From: Octopus sinensis | Lineage: Eukaryota | Length of the DNA stretch: 64,000 nucleotides | Assembly (NCBI RefSeq): GCF_006345805.1 | Contig: NC_043007.1 | Coordinates: forward strand, 14,260,001 to 14,324,000 | Direction of reading: 5' to 3' | Shown: positions 24,531 through 36,726 of the stretch, piece after piece | How positions within the stretch are numbered: position 1 is the stretch's first letter | How the letters are laid out: each line of letters opens with the position of its first letter | Made by a program: the position numbers and the translations under genes | Notes under the pieces: model-generated | Seen by the model: only the letters and a program-made list of their open reading frames with translations | Databases searched by the model: none | What the model was told of the DNA's origin: nothing

Positions 24531-25697
24531 TAAAGAGTTATATATTTACAACAGGATCGACTCTTTAGTATTTAAACCGGCCATATCTGGCCCAAACATT
24601 CATTTTGTTTTATATTCAAACTGGTCAGATACCCCTATAATCTCCATTATAGGGGCATTGTGGTAGAGGGCCTTGGTCTCGGGGACCACTCATGTCTACA
24701 AACTGAGGTTGGGGGTAAGCAAGGGGAAGTTCCCCGTAGAAAATCCATATCCCTATAATGTCCACACAGTACCCTATAATGTCCATTCTAAAAATAAACA
24801 ATCACATCATCAACATTGTGAAGCTACAAGATTGACCCTTTTGCTATCATATTTCTGTTGAGACACTGTATTTCTTTCAATTACTTTAAATCGTTACAAG
24901 CGTCACCTTACTGGCACTTGTGCCAGCGGCACGTTAAAAAACATTTGAGCAAGGCCGATGCCATTGCCGCTGGACTGACTCCTGTGCAGGTGGCACGTAT
25001 AAAACACCATTTGAGCGTGGCCATTGCCAGTACCGCCTGACTGGCCCTCGTGCCGGTGGGACATAAAAGCACCCACTACACTCTCGGAGTGGTTGGCATT
25101 AGGAAGGGCATCAAGCTGTAGAAACTCTACCAGATCAAGATTGGAGACTGGTGCAACCATCTGGTTCACCAGTCCTCAGTCAAATCGTCCAACCCATGCT
25201 TGCATGGAAAGTGGACGTTAAACAATGATGATGATGATGAATTTAATAAAATAACTTAATTATCATTAAGCTAGTGTTAGGAACATAAATTGCGACTAAG
25301 GTTTGGTGAAGATTTTAATTCAAAACTTATGGAAACAAGACATTTGTACTCAGAGCCAGAGCCGGTTTCAGCCAGGTTGGTAACGAAAGGGTTAATTCAA
25401 AACAATGTGAATAAATAAGCTTTATATCTGACTGAGTAATCTGAATGCTAAAAGGTTTAAAAACCAAACTAACCTAGATAAAGAGGTACTGTATAACTCT
25501 TACTCTTTACTCGTTTACTTGTTTCAGTCATTTGACTGCGGCCATGCTGGAGCACCGCTTTTAGTCGAGCAAATTGACCCCGGGACTTATTCTTTGTAAG
25601 CCTAGTACTTATTCTATCAGTCTCTTTTTGCCAAACCGCTAAGTGACGGAGACGTAAACACACAAGTATGCTAGGGGGGACAAACACAGACACACAA

Positions 25698-25731
<34 letters not shown>

Positions 25732-25975
25732 ACGACAGGCTTCTTTCAGTTTCCGTCTACCAAATCCACTCACAAGGCATTGGTCGGCCCGGGGCTATAG
25801 TAGAAGACACTTGCCCAAGATGCCACGCAGTGGGACTGAACCCGGAACCATGTGGTTGGTTAGCAAGCTATTTACCACACAGCCACTCCTGCGCCTAACT
25901 GTCTCATTATTATACTGAAATATTAATAATATTAATACTGATCTTAACTTCACTCGTTATTGTTAATATTGATTA

Positions 25976-26367
25976 CTAGCAGCATAGCCCGGCGTTGCCC
26001 GGGTATGTAAGAGCCCCTAGTAGGCAACGACTAATCCCAATCTAGTTCTTTCCCTCTAGGGAATGAAGGCGCATGTGTAGGTTGCAATGTCTTCTCTTCA
26101 CTCGAACACTTTTATGTATACGATGTTCCTAGCTGTCTCCCGACAGAAAATGTGTTGCATATAAAAAGCTTAGATTCTCGACCCCATGTCGAATTTATCG
26201 ATTTTTTCCAAAACTGGGAGAACTTTTCAAAATTTTCGCTGCGTTAGTTTTGAATTATGACATTGGGCTATGTGTGTGTCAAGTTTCATCAGAATCGGTT
26301 GAAAGCCGTGGTCAGGGTGAGGGTACAACATGACAGACATACAAACTGCCATTTATATATAGAGAGA
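25976..26367 (-). mobile_element. Non-autonomous Helitron, same family
   Basis: Reverse complement of 12966-13397 with A|TC and CTAG|T ends and hairpin cccgggcaacgccggg. Confidence 0.8.
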
Positions 26368-27073
26368 TAACTACATAGGGTGGGCCAAAAATCATGCACA
26401 CAAAAAGTTCAATTCAATGTTTCAGAATCGTTAGACATGCTTCAATTTTTTCAAAAATTGAATACAATAAATAAATAAAATAATGATTAATATACACATA
26501 CTTGCACATCATCATCATCCAGTGTTTTAAATCCGGGTTTTGTCCCCATTAATTGAGGGTAGCCGGATCTATCTCAATGCCATAGCAACTGAGGTAGGCA
26601 GGTGCAGCCCACCCCAACCTTTGGGCTGGTTGGTGCCCATTCTCCTTTGCTATCACGAGGCTTTTTTGGGCTGGATTTTCTATGGGGAACATCCCCTTGC
26701 TTACCACCCAACCTCAGTTTGTAGACGTGAGAGATCCCGAGACCGAGGCCTCTACCACAATTTTTAAGCTCAGGAAGGCAGGAACGCTACTCCCTGAGAT
26801 CCCTTTCAGAGACCCCTACCTAATGAAGAAAATTAATAATAATAATAACATAAATACAATGTCAAATGTTTTGATGCATGATTTTTGGTCCACTCTGTTT
26901 TTATTTATTGATAATTCTGATCAGATAAGTTAATATTGATATGCATTATCATTGATGTTGATCATAGTTTTATCTATTATTGTTACTACTGATCATAGCT
27001 TATATCTGTTATTGCTGATACTTATCATAGCTTTATTTGTTATTGTTAATACTAATCATAATTTTACTTGTTA

Positions 27074-27457
27074 TCTCTCTCTATATAAACGGCAGTTTGT
27101 CTGTGTGCATGTCTGTGTGTCTGTTAGGTTGTACCCTCACCCTGACCACGGCTTTTAACCGATTCTGATGAAACTTGACACACACATAGCCCAATGTCAT
27201 AATTCAAAACTAACGCAGCGAAAATTTTGAAAAGTTCCCCCAATTCTGAAAAAAATTGATAAATTCGACATGGGGTCGAGAATGAGAAACACAAACCACA
27301 GACTGTCTAGGGGACGCAACTCGACCTTTTTAATTCTCAAAAAAAAATTTACCATCATTTTTTCCCATTTTTTTGCTATATTTTGGCTATAACTATCTAA
27401 AAATGCTTTATAGTTATTTCCCTTACAAACCCGAGCAACGCCGGGCGATACTGCTAG
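27074..27457 (+). mobile_element. Non-autonomous Helitron, variant with a different 3' internal segment
   Basis: Shares the 5' ~200 bp and terminal hairpin/CTAG with the copies above; internal 3' part differs. Confidence 0.78.
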
Positions 27458-27790
27458 TTGATAATACAGATCATAACGTGTCATTGTTAATACTGATTAT
27501 AGCTCTACATGTTATTAGTGACACAGCATAGCTTTACTTTATTATTGTTAAGACTGAACATAACTTTACTTGTTATTGTCAATACTGAACACAGCTTCAC
27601 CAGTTATTGTGAAGATTTGTCATAATTTTACCTGTTATTTTTAATACTCTTTTACTTGTTTTAGTCATTTGACTGCGGCCATGCTGGAGCATCGCCTTTA
27701 GTCAAGCAAATCAACCCCAGGACTTATTCTTTGTAAGCCTAGTACTTATCCTATCGATCACTATCAGTTGTTAAGCGATGTTGGGAGACA

Positions 27791-28103
27791 AACCTCTCGA
27801 AAGAGCTGTTCTTCACTCCTGCTCCAGAGCGTCGGCTGCGGGGTCATTCCGAAAAGCTCTATCTGCGACAATTTCATCTCAATCGAAGGAGAGGGGCTGT
27901 CTCCGTCCGGGTTGCGGATCCGTGGAATAAGCTGCCAGACGAGATGGTGAAGATGCCGATGACCGCTCAGTTCAAAGTCTCCCTTGACCTCAAGTGGCCT
28001 GAACTATTTACATGAACACCACCCTGTACATAACTCCATGTCCCCCTACATGGCCTTGCTTTTAGCTTTTTGAGCCAAAAATTTAACTAACTAACTAACT
28101 AAC
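27791..28103 (+). mobile_element. Short 3' fragment of the same CR1 family with (TAAC)n tail
   Basis: Closely matches the reverse complement of ~6770-7075 (ctctcgaaagagctgttcttcactcctgctcc…gagccaaa…taactaactaac). Confidence 0.88.
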
Positions 28104-28687
28104 AAACACATCATCATCATATATATATACATATATATGACGGGCTTCTTTCAGTTTCCATCCACCAAATCCATTCACAAGGCTTTGGTCGGCCCAAGGC
28201 TATAGTAGAAGACACTTGCCCAAGGTGCCAGGCAGTGGGACTGAACCCGGAACCATTCCTGCGCCTATATACTGATCATAAATTTTACTTGGTTTTACTT
28301 GGTTTTACTGATTAGAACTTAACTTTGCTCGTTAATATTCATCGCAGTTTGCTTAGTAATGTTTGTACGAAGAATTTTTTCCCAAATCAAAGTAATTAGA
28401 TAAAGAGAATAAAATGGAAATAAATGAAATTCTGAAAAATTTTGTTCAACAACTGTACAAGTTTTTAAGCCATAGAAAATCCAAAGAAATTGCTGAAAGA
28501 AAAAATATATATACAAAAATATATATAGGCATAGGAGTGGCTGTGTGGTAAGTAGCTTGCTTACCAGCCACATGGTTCCGGGTTCAGTCCCACTGCGTGG
28601 CACCTTGGTTAGTGTCTTCTACTATAGCCTCGGCCCGACCAAAGCCTTATGAGTGGATTTGGTAGACGGAAACTGAAAGAAGCCTGT

Positions 28688-28722
<35 letters not shown>

Positions 28723-29783
28723 GTGTGTATATGTCTGTGTTTGTCACCCAACATCGCTTGACAACCGATGCTGGTGTGTTTACGTCCCCGTAACTTAGCG
28801 GTTCAGCAAAAGAGACCGATAGAATAAGTACTAGGCTTACAAAGAATAAGTCCTGGGGTCGATTTCTTCGACTAAAGGCGGTGCCCCAGCATGGCCGCAG
28901 TTAAATGACTGAAACAAGTAAAAGAGTAAAAGAGACAAGTTACAGCAAGTAGTGTGTTGTTCCGAAACTCCACCAAGTCTTTAACTTAAAAAAGAAAATT
29001 TTAAATAAATCAGTGCCGGTGGCATGTAAAAGCACCCACTACACTCTTGGAGTGGTTGGCGTTAGGAAGGGCATCCAGCTGTAGAAACTCTGCCAGATCA
29101 AGAATGAAGCCTGATGCAGCCATCTGGTTCGCCAGCCCTCAGTCAAATCGTCCAACCCATGCTAGCATGGAAAGCGGACATTAAATGATGATGATGATGA
29201 TGAATTTTTTTTCTTTAAGATTCTGTATCCCTGATATTCAAAACATACAAATCTGAAAACCATTTGATAAAAAAAAAATGGGTAAAGTATATATAAAGTT
29301 AAGGGTGTGGTTAAAAAATTCCTCGCCTAGACAAATTACATGTCCAAAACGTTTAGTGAGCCAATGGCAACATCTGTATATTTAACAAAACTGTTGCCTG
29401 CATTTGATCATGAGTTTTTCCACTATTACACTATTTTATTATTTTCTTAAATTTCATATTTTTATACATCAGACATGGCTGTTGATGTTATTTGTTAGTA
29501 TTTTATAATGTTGAATTAAAATTTATGCATGAACCTAGGTTTTGGATTTCATTTTGTATCAACATTGGAAGTAGACCATGGCATTAGGCAACAGGGTAAA
29601 AGAGAAGAACTGTGACACCGTTTCACAAAAAAAAAAAAAAAAAAATGGGAGGAATGTATAAAAAAAACATTATGGTTAATTTGAAATAACGAAATGGAAA
29701 TGAAAATGTTTACTTATTTAAAAAAAAAAAAAATTCCAAGGAGAAAATGATTTTATTTTAAAAGGACATGTAAATAGCTAATG

Positions 29784-30009
29784 TGGAGGCGCAATGGCCC
29801 AGTGGTTAGGGCAGCGGACTCGCGGTCGGAGGATCGTGGTTTCGATTCCCAGACCGTGCGTTGTGTGTGTTTATTGAGCGAAAACAACTAAAGCTCCACG
29901 AGGGTCCAGCAGGGGGCTGGTAGCGACCCCTGTTGTACGCTTTCGCTCCCAACTTTCTCTCACTCTCTCTTCCTGTTCCTTGAGTAACGCTGTGATGGAC
30001 TGGTGTCCC
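29784..30009 (+). mobile_element. 3'-truncated copy of the same V-like SINE, part of a 329-bp tandem duplication
   Basis: Homologous to 30111-30335, with the same ~100-bp upstream flank. Confidence 0.8.
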
Positions 30010-30110
30010 TTGAAATAACGAAATGAAAATGAAAATGTTTACTTATTTTAAAAAAAAAAAATTCAAGGAGAAAATGATTTTATTTTAAAAGGACATGTAA
30101 ATAGCTAATG

Positions 30111-30424
30111 TGGAGGTGCAATGGCCCAGTGGTTAGGGCAGCGGACTCGCGGTCAGAGGATCATGGTTTCGATTCCCAGACCGTGCGTTGTGTGTGTTTA
30201 TTGAACGAAAACACCTAAAGCTCCACGAGGCTCCGACAGTGGGTGGTGGCGACCCCTGTTGTACTCTTTTGCCCCCAACTTTCTCTCACTGTCTCTTCCT
30301 GTTTCTTGAGTAACGCTGCAATGGACTGCTGTCCCGTCTAGCTGGGGGGAACATATACGCCACAGAAACCGGGAAACCAGGCCCATGAGCCTGGCTAGGC
30401 TTGAAAAGGGCGCATAAATAAATA
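30111..30424 (+). mobile_element. Full-length tRNA-derived V-domain-like SINE with 12-bp TSD
   Basis: A box tggcccagtgg, B box gtttcgattccc, V-like atggactg…tcccgtctagctggg, (AAAT)n tail; TSD aaatagctaatg on both sides. Confidence 0.8.
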
Positions 30425-30560
30425 AAATAGCTAATGGAAAAGGTACAGGTACAGATTGGAGCTCCAAGACTTTGTTTCTGTTATACATTCCAGTGAAATT
30501 TGGCAGAGATACACTTTCAAGGGTGTAATAGATGATGATTATGCTAATAACAAGAAATAC

Positions 30561-30621
30561 CTTTAAGGAATTTGGGATCATTTTCCCCTTGCTCTCCTGA
30601 TTTTGTTTCCTCATATAGAGT
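30561..30621 (-). CDS. Probable 61-nt internal exon of the same gene (TLYEETKSGEQGENDPKFLK+G)
   Basis: Acceptor gcattttatag| and donor AAG|gtattt. The phase-1 end is compatible with the terminal exon, giving DPKFLK-V-YEQNILQ. Confidence 0.45.
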
Positions 30622-32774
30622 CTATAAAATGCACGTTTTTAAATGGTATTTTGAAGAAATATTCATAACAGTGTAGATTACATAATGCTGTTTCCAACAC
30701 ATATATCTCAGAAGGAAAAAAGATAAAAAAATAAAAAAGTGCTAAAGCAGGAATTAGCAGCTTCATTGAGATTGGTCCATATGAGACATGGCTAATCATC
30801 AAGTAAGCTGCACTACTCAAAGAATTCAAAGAATTCAAGGTAATCTTTTGTTAGGTGTGCCATTCAGAAAGTCCCACAGACCACAATTTACCAGTTGCCA
30901 TGTTTAAGTCACAAGAATTGGTAGTAAAACAATCAGGGTGAGGCACAGAACAATCATCCAAAACTACACCCAAAAGATTATCATCATCATCATCATCACC
31001 ATTGAACATCTGTCTTCCATGCTGGCCTGGGTTGGACACTTTGACAGGAGCTGGCAAGCCGGAGATCTGCACCTGGCACAATTTGACTATTTCGGTATGG
31101 TATCCTATGGCTGGATGCCTTTCCTAATACCAACCACTTTACAAAATATACTGGTTGTTTTTTACATGACACCAGCAAGGGTGTTTTATATGTGGAATCA
31201 GACCAGGCGCTTTAGATGTGACACTGGCTCTTTTACTCTTTTACTTGCTTCAGTCATTTGACTGTGGCCATGCTGGAGCACCGCCTTTAGTCGAGCAAAT
31301 TGACCCCAGGACTTATTCTAAGAATAAGCCTAGTACTTATTCTATCGGTCTCTTTTGCCGAACCGCTAATGTTACGGGGACATAAACACACCAGCATCGG
31401 TTGTCAAACGATGTTGGGAGGACAAACACAGACACACACATACATACATATATACGACAGGCTTCTTTCAGTTTCCGTCTACCAAATCCACTCACAAGGC
31501 TTTGGTCGGCCCGAGGCTATAGTAGAAGACACTTGCCCAAGGTGCCACGCAGTGGGACTGAACCCGGAACCATGTGGTTGGTAAGCAAGCTACTTACCAC
31601 ACAGCCACTCTTGGCATGGGCACTTTTTACGTGGCACAAGTACGAGTGCTCTATATGTGGTACCAACAGGGGTGCTTTTTATGTGACACCAGTATGAGTG
31701 CCTTTTATTGGTGACATTCTATTTTGTTTTTACTAAATTTTACCCCTCTTACAAAATTTTGTTTTAAAATCACCATCATCATCATCATCATTGTTTAACA
31801 TCCGTTTTCCATGCTAGCATGGGTTGGACGGTTCGACCGGGGTCTGGGAAGCCAGGAGGCTGCACAAGGCTCCAGTCTGATCTGGCAGTGTTTCTACAGC
31901 TGGATGCCCTTCCTAATGCCAACCACTCCGTGAGTGTAGTCGGTGCCTTTTACGTGCCACCGACACAGGGGCCAGGAGGCTGGCAATGGCCACAATCGGT
32001 TGGTGCTTTTTATGTGCCACTGGCACAGAAGCCAGCCAAGGTGGTGATAGCATCAGCCACATTCGGATGGCGCTTTTTACCAGCCACCGGCACTCTTTTA
32101 CTTGTTTCAGTCATTTGACTGCGGCCATGCTGGAGCACCGCCTTTAATCGAGCAACTCGACCCCCGGGACTTATTCTTTTGTAAGCCCAGTACTTATTCT
32201 ATCGGTCTCTTCTGCCGAACTGCTAAGTGACGGGGACATAAACACACCAGCATCAGTTGTCAAGCAATGCTAGGGGGACAAACACAGACACACAAACACA
32301 CACATGCATATATACATACATATATACGACAGGCTTCTTTCAGTTTCCGTCTACCAAATCCACTCACAAAGCTTTGGTCAGCCCGAGGCTATAGTAGAAG
32401 ACACTCGCTCAAGGTGCCACGCAGTGGGAATGAACCCGGAACCATGTGGTTGGTAAACAAGCTACTTACCACACAGCCAAGTACGTATTTTTAAAGAAAC
32501 TTATAACCTGGAATTTTCTTTTAGTAATGCCGCCCACCTAATGATGAGCCATGTTTCATGTAGTTTGCTCCTCAAACAAGGTTGTGTGTGCCTGGTCTAA
32601 CGTAACAAGAACTCCAAATTCAGAAATTCAGAATTATTGACTAAATCTTGACTGATACACAGATGGAGGATGAAGAGTGAACTTCTGAAAAATTTCTGCT
32701 GCTTCTTATGCATCTTATAAAGAATGCTTTTCCTTTTTAGTGGTGGGAGTGGAGGAGTCATTTTTACATAAGCA

Positions 32775-35700
32775 CCAGCGTCGCCTTACTGGCACCTGTA
32801 AAAACATTTGAGCGAAGTCATTGCCAGTACCGCCTGACTGGCCCTCATGCCGGTGGCACGTAAGAAGCACCATTTGAGCGTGACCATTGCCAGTACCGCC
32901 TGACTGGCCCCCATGCCGGTGGCACATAAAAAGCACCATTTGAGCGTGGCCGTTGCCAGTACCGCCTGACTGGCCCTCGTGCGGGTGGCACGTAAAAAGC
33001 ACCATTTGAGCGTGGCCGTTGCCAGTACCGCCTGACTGGCCCTCGTGCGGTGGCACGTAAAAAGCACCATTTGAGCGTGACCATTGCCAGTACCGCCTGC
33101 CTGGCCCTGCGGGCCGTGGGTGGCACGTAAAAGCACCATTTGAGCGTGGCCGTTGCCAGTACCGCCTGACTGGCCCTCGTGCGGGTGCACGTAAAAAGCA
33201 CCATTTGAGCGTGGCCGTTGCCAGTACCGCGCCTGACTGCCCCCATGCCGGTGGCACGTAAAAGCACCATTTGAGCGTGGCGTTGCCAGTACCGCCTGAC
33301 TGGCCCTCGTGCGGGTGGCACGTAAAAAGCACCATTTGAGCGTGGCCGTTGCCAGTACCGCCTGACTGGCCCCCATGCCGGTGGCACGTAAAAAGCACCA
33401 TTTGAGCGTGGCCGTTGCCAGTACCGCCTGACTGGCCCTCGTGCGGGTGGCACGTAAAAAGCACCATTTGAGCGTGACCATTGCCAGTACCGCCTGACTG
33501 GCCCTCGTGCGGGTGGCACGTAAAAAGCACCATTTGAGCGTGACCATTGCCAGCATCCAGTACGCCTGACTGGCCCCCATGCCGGTGGCACATAAAAAGC
33601 ACCATTTGAGCGTGGCCGTTGCCATACCTACCACCGCCTGACTGGCCCCCATGCCGGTGGCACATAAAAAGCACCATTTGAGCGTGGCCGTTGCCAGTAC
33701 CGCCTGACTGGCCCCCATGCCGTGTGCACGTAAAAAGCACCATTTGAGCGTGGCCGTTGCCAGTACCCCTGCCTGACTGGCCCTCGTGCGGGTGGCACGT
33801 AAAAAGCACCATTTGAGCGTGGCCGTTGCCAGTACCCGCCTGACTGGCCCCCATGCCGGTGGCACATAAAAAACACATTTGAGCGTGGCCGTTGCCAGTA
33901 CCGCCTGACTGGCCCCCATGCCGGTGGCACGTAAAAAGCACCATTTGAGCGTGGCCGTTGCCAGTACCGCCTGACTGGCCCTCGTGCGGGTGGCACATAA
34001 AAAGCACCATTTGAGCGTGGCCGTTGCCAGTACCGCCTGACTGGCCCCCATGCCGGTGGCACATAAAAAGCACCATTTGAGCGTGGCCGTTGCCAGTACC
34101 GCCTGACTGGCCCCCATGCCGGTGGCACGTAAAAAGCACCATTTGAGCGTGGCCGTTGCCAGTACCGCCCTGACTGCCCTCGTGCGGGTGGCACGTAAAA
34201 GCACCATTTGAGCGTGGCCGTTGCCAGTACCGCCTGACTGGCCCCCATGCCGGTGGCACATAAAAAGCACCATTTGAGCGTGGCCGTTGCCAGTACCGCC
34301 TGACTGGCCCCCATGCCGGTGGCACATAAAAAGCACCATTTGAGCGTGGCCGTTGCCAGTACCGCCTGACTGGCCCTCGTGCGGGTGGCACGTAAAAAGC
34401 ACCATTTGAGCGTGGCCGTTGCCAGTACCGCCTGACTGGCCCTCGTGCGGGTGGCACGTAAAAAGCACCATTTGAGCGTGACCATTGCCAGTACCGCCTG
34501 ACTGGCCCCCATGCCGGTGGCACATAAAAAGCACCATTTGAGCGTGGCCGTTGCCAGTACCGCCTGACTGGCCCCCATGCCGGTGGCACATAAAAAGCAC
34601 CATTGAGCGTGGCCGTTGCCAGTACCCCCGGCCTGACTGGCCCCCATGCCGGTGGCACATAAAAAGCACCATTTGAGCGTGGCCATTGCCAGTACCGCCT
34701 GACTGGCCCTCGTGCGGGTGGCACGTAAAAAGCACCATTTGAGCGTGGGCCGTTGCCAGTACCGCCGCCTGACTGGCCCCCATGCCGGGGGCACGTAAAA
34801 AGCACCATTTGAGCGTGGCCGTTGCCAGTACCCACCCCTGACTTGCCCTCGTGCGGGTGGCACGTAAAAAGCACCATTTGAGCGTGACCATTGCCAGTAC
34901 CGCCTGACTGGCCCTCGTGCGGGTGGCACGTAAAAAGCACCATTTGAGCGTGGCCGTTGCCAGTACCGCCTGACTGGCCCCCATGCCGGTGGCACGTAAA
35001 AAGCACCATTTGAGCGTGGCCGTTGCCAGTACCGCCTGACTGGCCCCCATGCCGGTGGCACATAAAAAGCACCATTTGAGCGTGGCCGTTGCCAGTACCA
35101 CACCGTGCCTGCCTGACTGGCCCCCATGCCGGTGGCACGTAAAAGCACCATTTGAGCGTGTGGCCGTTGACCCGCACCTCCTGACTGGCCCTCGTGCGGG
35201 TGGCACGTAAAAGCACCATTTGAGCGTGGCCGTTGCCAGTACCCGCCTGACTGGCCCCCATGCCGGTGGCACATAAAAAGCACCATTTGAGCGTGGCCGT
35301 TGCCAGTAACCGCCTGACTGGCCCCCATGCCGTGGCACATAAAAGCACCATTTGAGCGTGGCCGTTGCCAGTACCGCCTGACTGGCCCTCGTGCGGGTGG
35401 CACGTAAAAGCAAACCATTTGAGCGTGGCCGTTGCCAGTACCTCGCCTGACTGGCCCTCGTGCGGGTGCACGTAAAAGCACCATTTGAGCGTGACCATTG
35501 CCAGTACCAGCCTGACTGGCCCCCATGCCGGTGGCACATAAACAGCACCATTTGAGCGTGGCCGTTGCCAGTACCACGCCTGACTGGCCCCTGCCGGTGG
35601 CACATAAAAAGCACCATTTGAGCGTGGCCGTTGCCAGTACCCCCACCGCCTGACTGGCCCCCATGCCGGTGGCACATAAAAGCAGCCCTTTTGAGCGTGG

Positions 35701-36726
35701 CCATTGCCAGTACCGCCTGACTGGCCTCGTGCGGGTGGCACGTAAAAAGCACCATTTGAGCGTGGCCGTTGCCAGTACCGGCCTGACTGGCCCCCATGCC
35801 GGTGGCCACGTAAAAAGCACCATTTGAGCGTGGCCGTTGCCAGTACCTCCCACCGCTACTGGCCCTCGTGCGGGTGGCACGTAAAAGCACCATTTGAGCG
35901 TGACCATTGCCAGTAACCGCCTGACTGGCCTCTCGTGCGGGTGGCACGTAAAAAGCACCATTTGAGCGTGGCCGTTGCCAGTACCGCCTGACTGGCCCCC
36001 ATGCCGGTGGCACGTAAAAAGCACCATTTGAGCGTGGCCGTTGCCAGTACCCGCCTGACTGGCCCTCGTGCGGGTGGCACGTAAAAGCACCATTTGAGCG
36101 TGACCATTGCCAGTACCCCCCTGACTGGCCCCCATGCCGGTGGCACGTAAAAGCACCATTTGAGCGTGGCCGTTGCCAGTACCCCCCGCCTGACTGGCCC
36201 TCGTGCGGGTGGCACGTAAAAAGCACCATTTGAGCGTGACCATTGCCAGTACCGCCTGACTGGCCCCCATGCCGGTGGCACGTAAAAGCACCATTTGAGC
36301 GTGACCATTGCCAGTACCCGCCTGACTGGCCCCCATGCCGTTGGCACGTAAAAAGCACCATTTGAGCGTGGCCGTTGCCAGTACCGCCGCCTGACTGGCC
36401 CCCATGCCGGTGGCACGTAAAAAGCACCATTTGAGCGTGGCTGTTGCCAGTACCGCCTGACTGGCCCTCGTGCGGGTGGCACGTAAAAAGCACCATTTGA
36501 GCGTGGCCGTTGCCAGTACCACCTGACTGGCCCTCGTGCCGGTGACACGTAAAAGCACCCACTACACTCTCGGAGTGGTTGGCGTTAGGAAGGGCATCCA
36601 ACTGTAGAAACTCTGCCAGATCAAGATTGGAGCCTGGTGCAGCCATCTGGTTTGCAAGCCCTCAGTCATAACCGTCCAACCCATGCTAGCATGGAAAGCG
36701 GACGTTAAACGATGATGATGATGATG
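32775..36726 (+). repeat. RTE 3'-UTR fragment whose 66-bp module has expanded into a ~56-unit satellite (~32790-36555)
   Basis: Unit gcaccatttgagcgtggccgttgccagtaccgcctgactggccctcgtgcgggtggcacgtaaaaa with a 66-bp period. About 55 copies counted by eye, followed by the normal RTE-tail sequence and (GAT)n. Confidence 0.93.

Larger units (their letters stand above)
25900..28340. repeat. Degenerate ~32-bp AT-rich minisatellite (ttgttattgttaatactgatcatagcttta-like), broken up by insertions
   Basis: Remnants at ~25900-25975, 26930-27073, 27458-27650 and 28265-28340. Confidence 0.6.

Noticed and set aside
29784-29860. tRNA gene (also considered for the CORE- and Meta-SINE heads)
   Set aside because: A and B boxes are present but no closed acceptor stem; they continue into SINE bodies and occur in many copies.
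32495-32610. Apparent minus-strand exon TRHTQPCLRSKLHETWLIIR
   Set aside because: A similar sequence occurs on the plus strand at ~30775-30830 with a stop (YETWLIIK*AALLKE), so it is a dispersed repeat; splice sites are weak and the phase does not fit.
32790-32860. 66-bp module as a ribozyme
   Set aside because: It has two small hairpins but no CUGANGA/GAAA core on either strand.
32790-36555. CRISPR-like array
   Set aside because: Contiguous tandem units with no unique spacers, derived from an RTE 3' UTR, in a eukaryotic context with no cas genes.
32715-36646. Very long ORFs (up to 1286 aa) in several minus frames
   Set aside because: Artefact of a 66-bp unit (a multiple of 3) lacking minus-strand stops. 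All three frames are open and the peptides swap at each indel.
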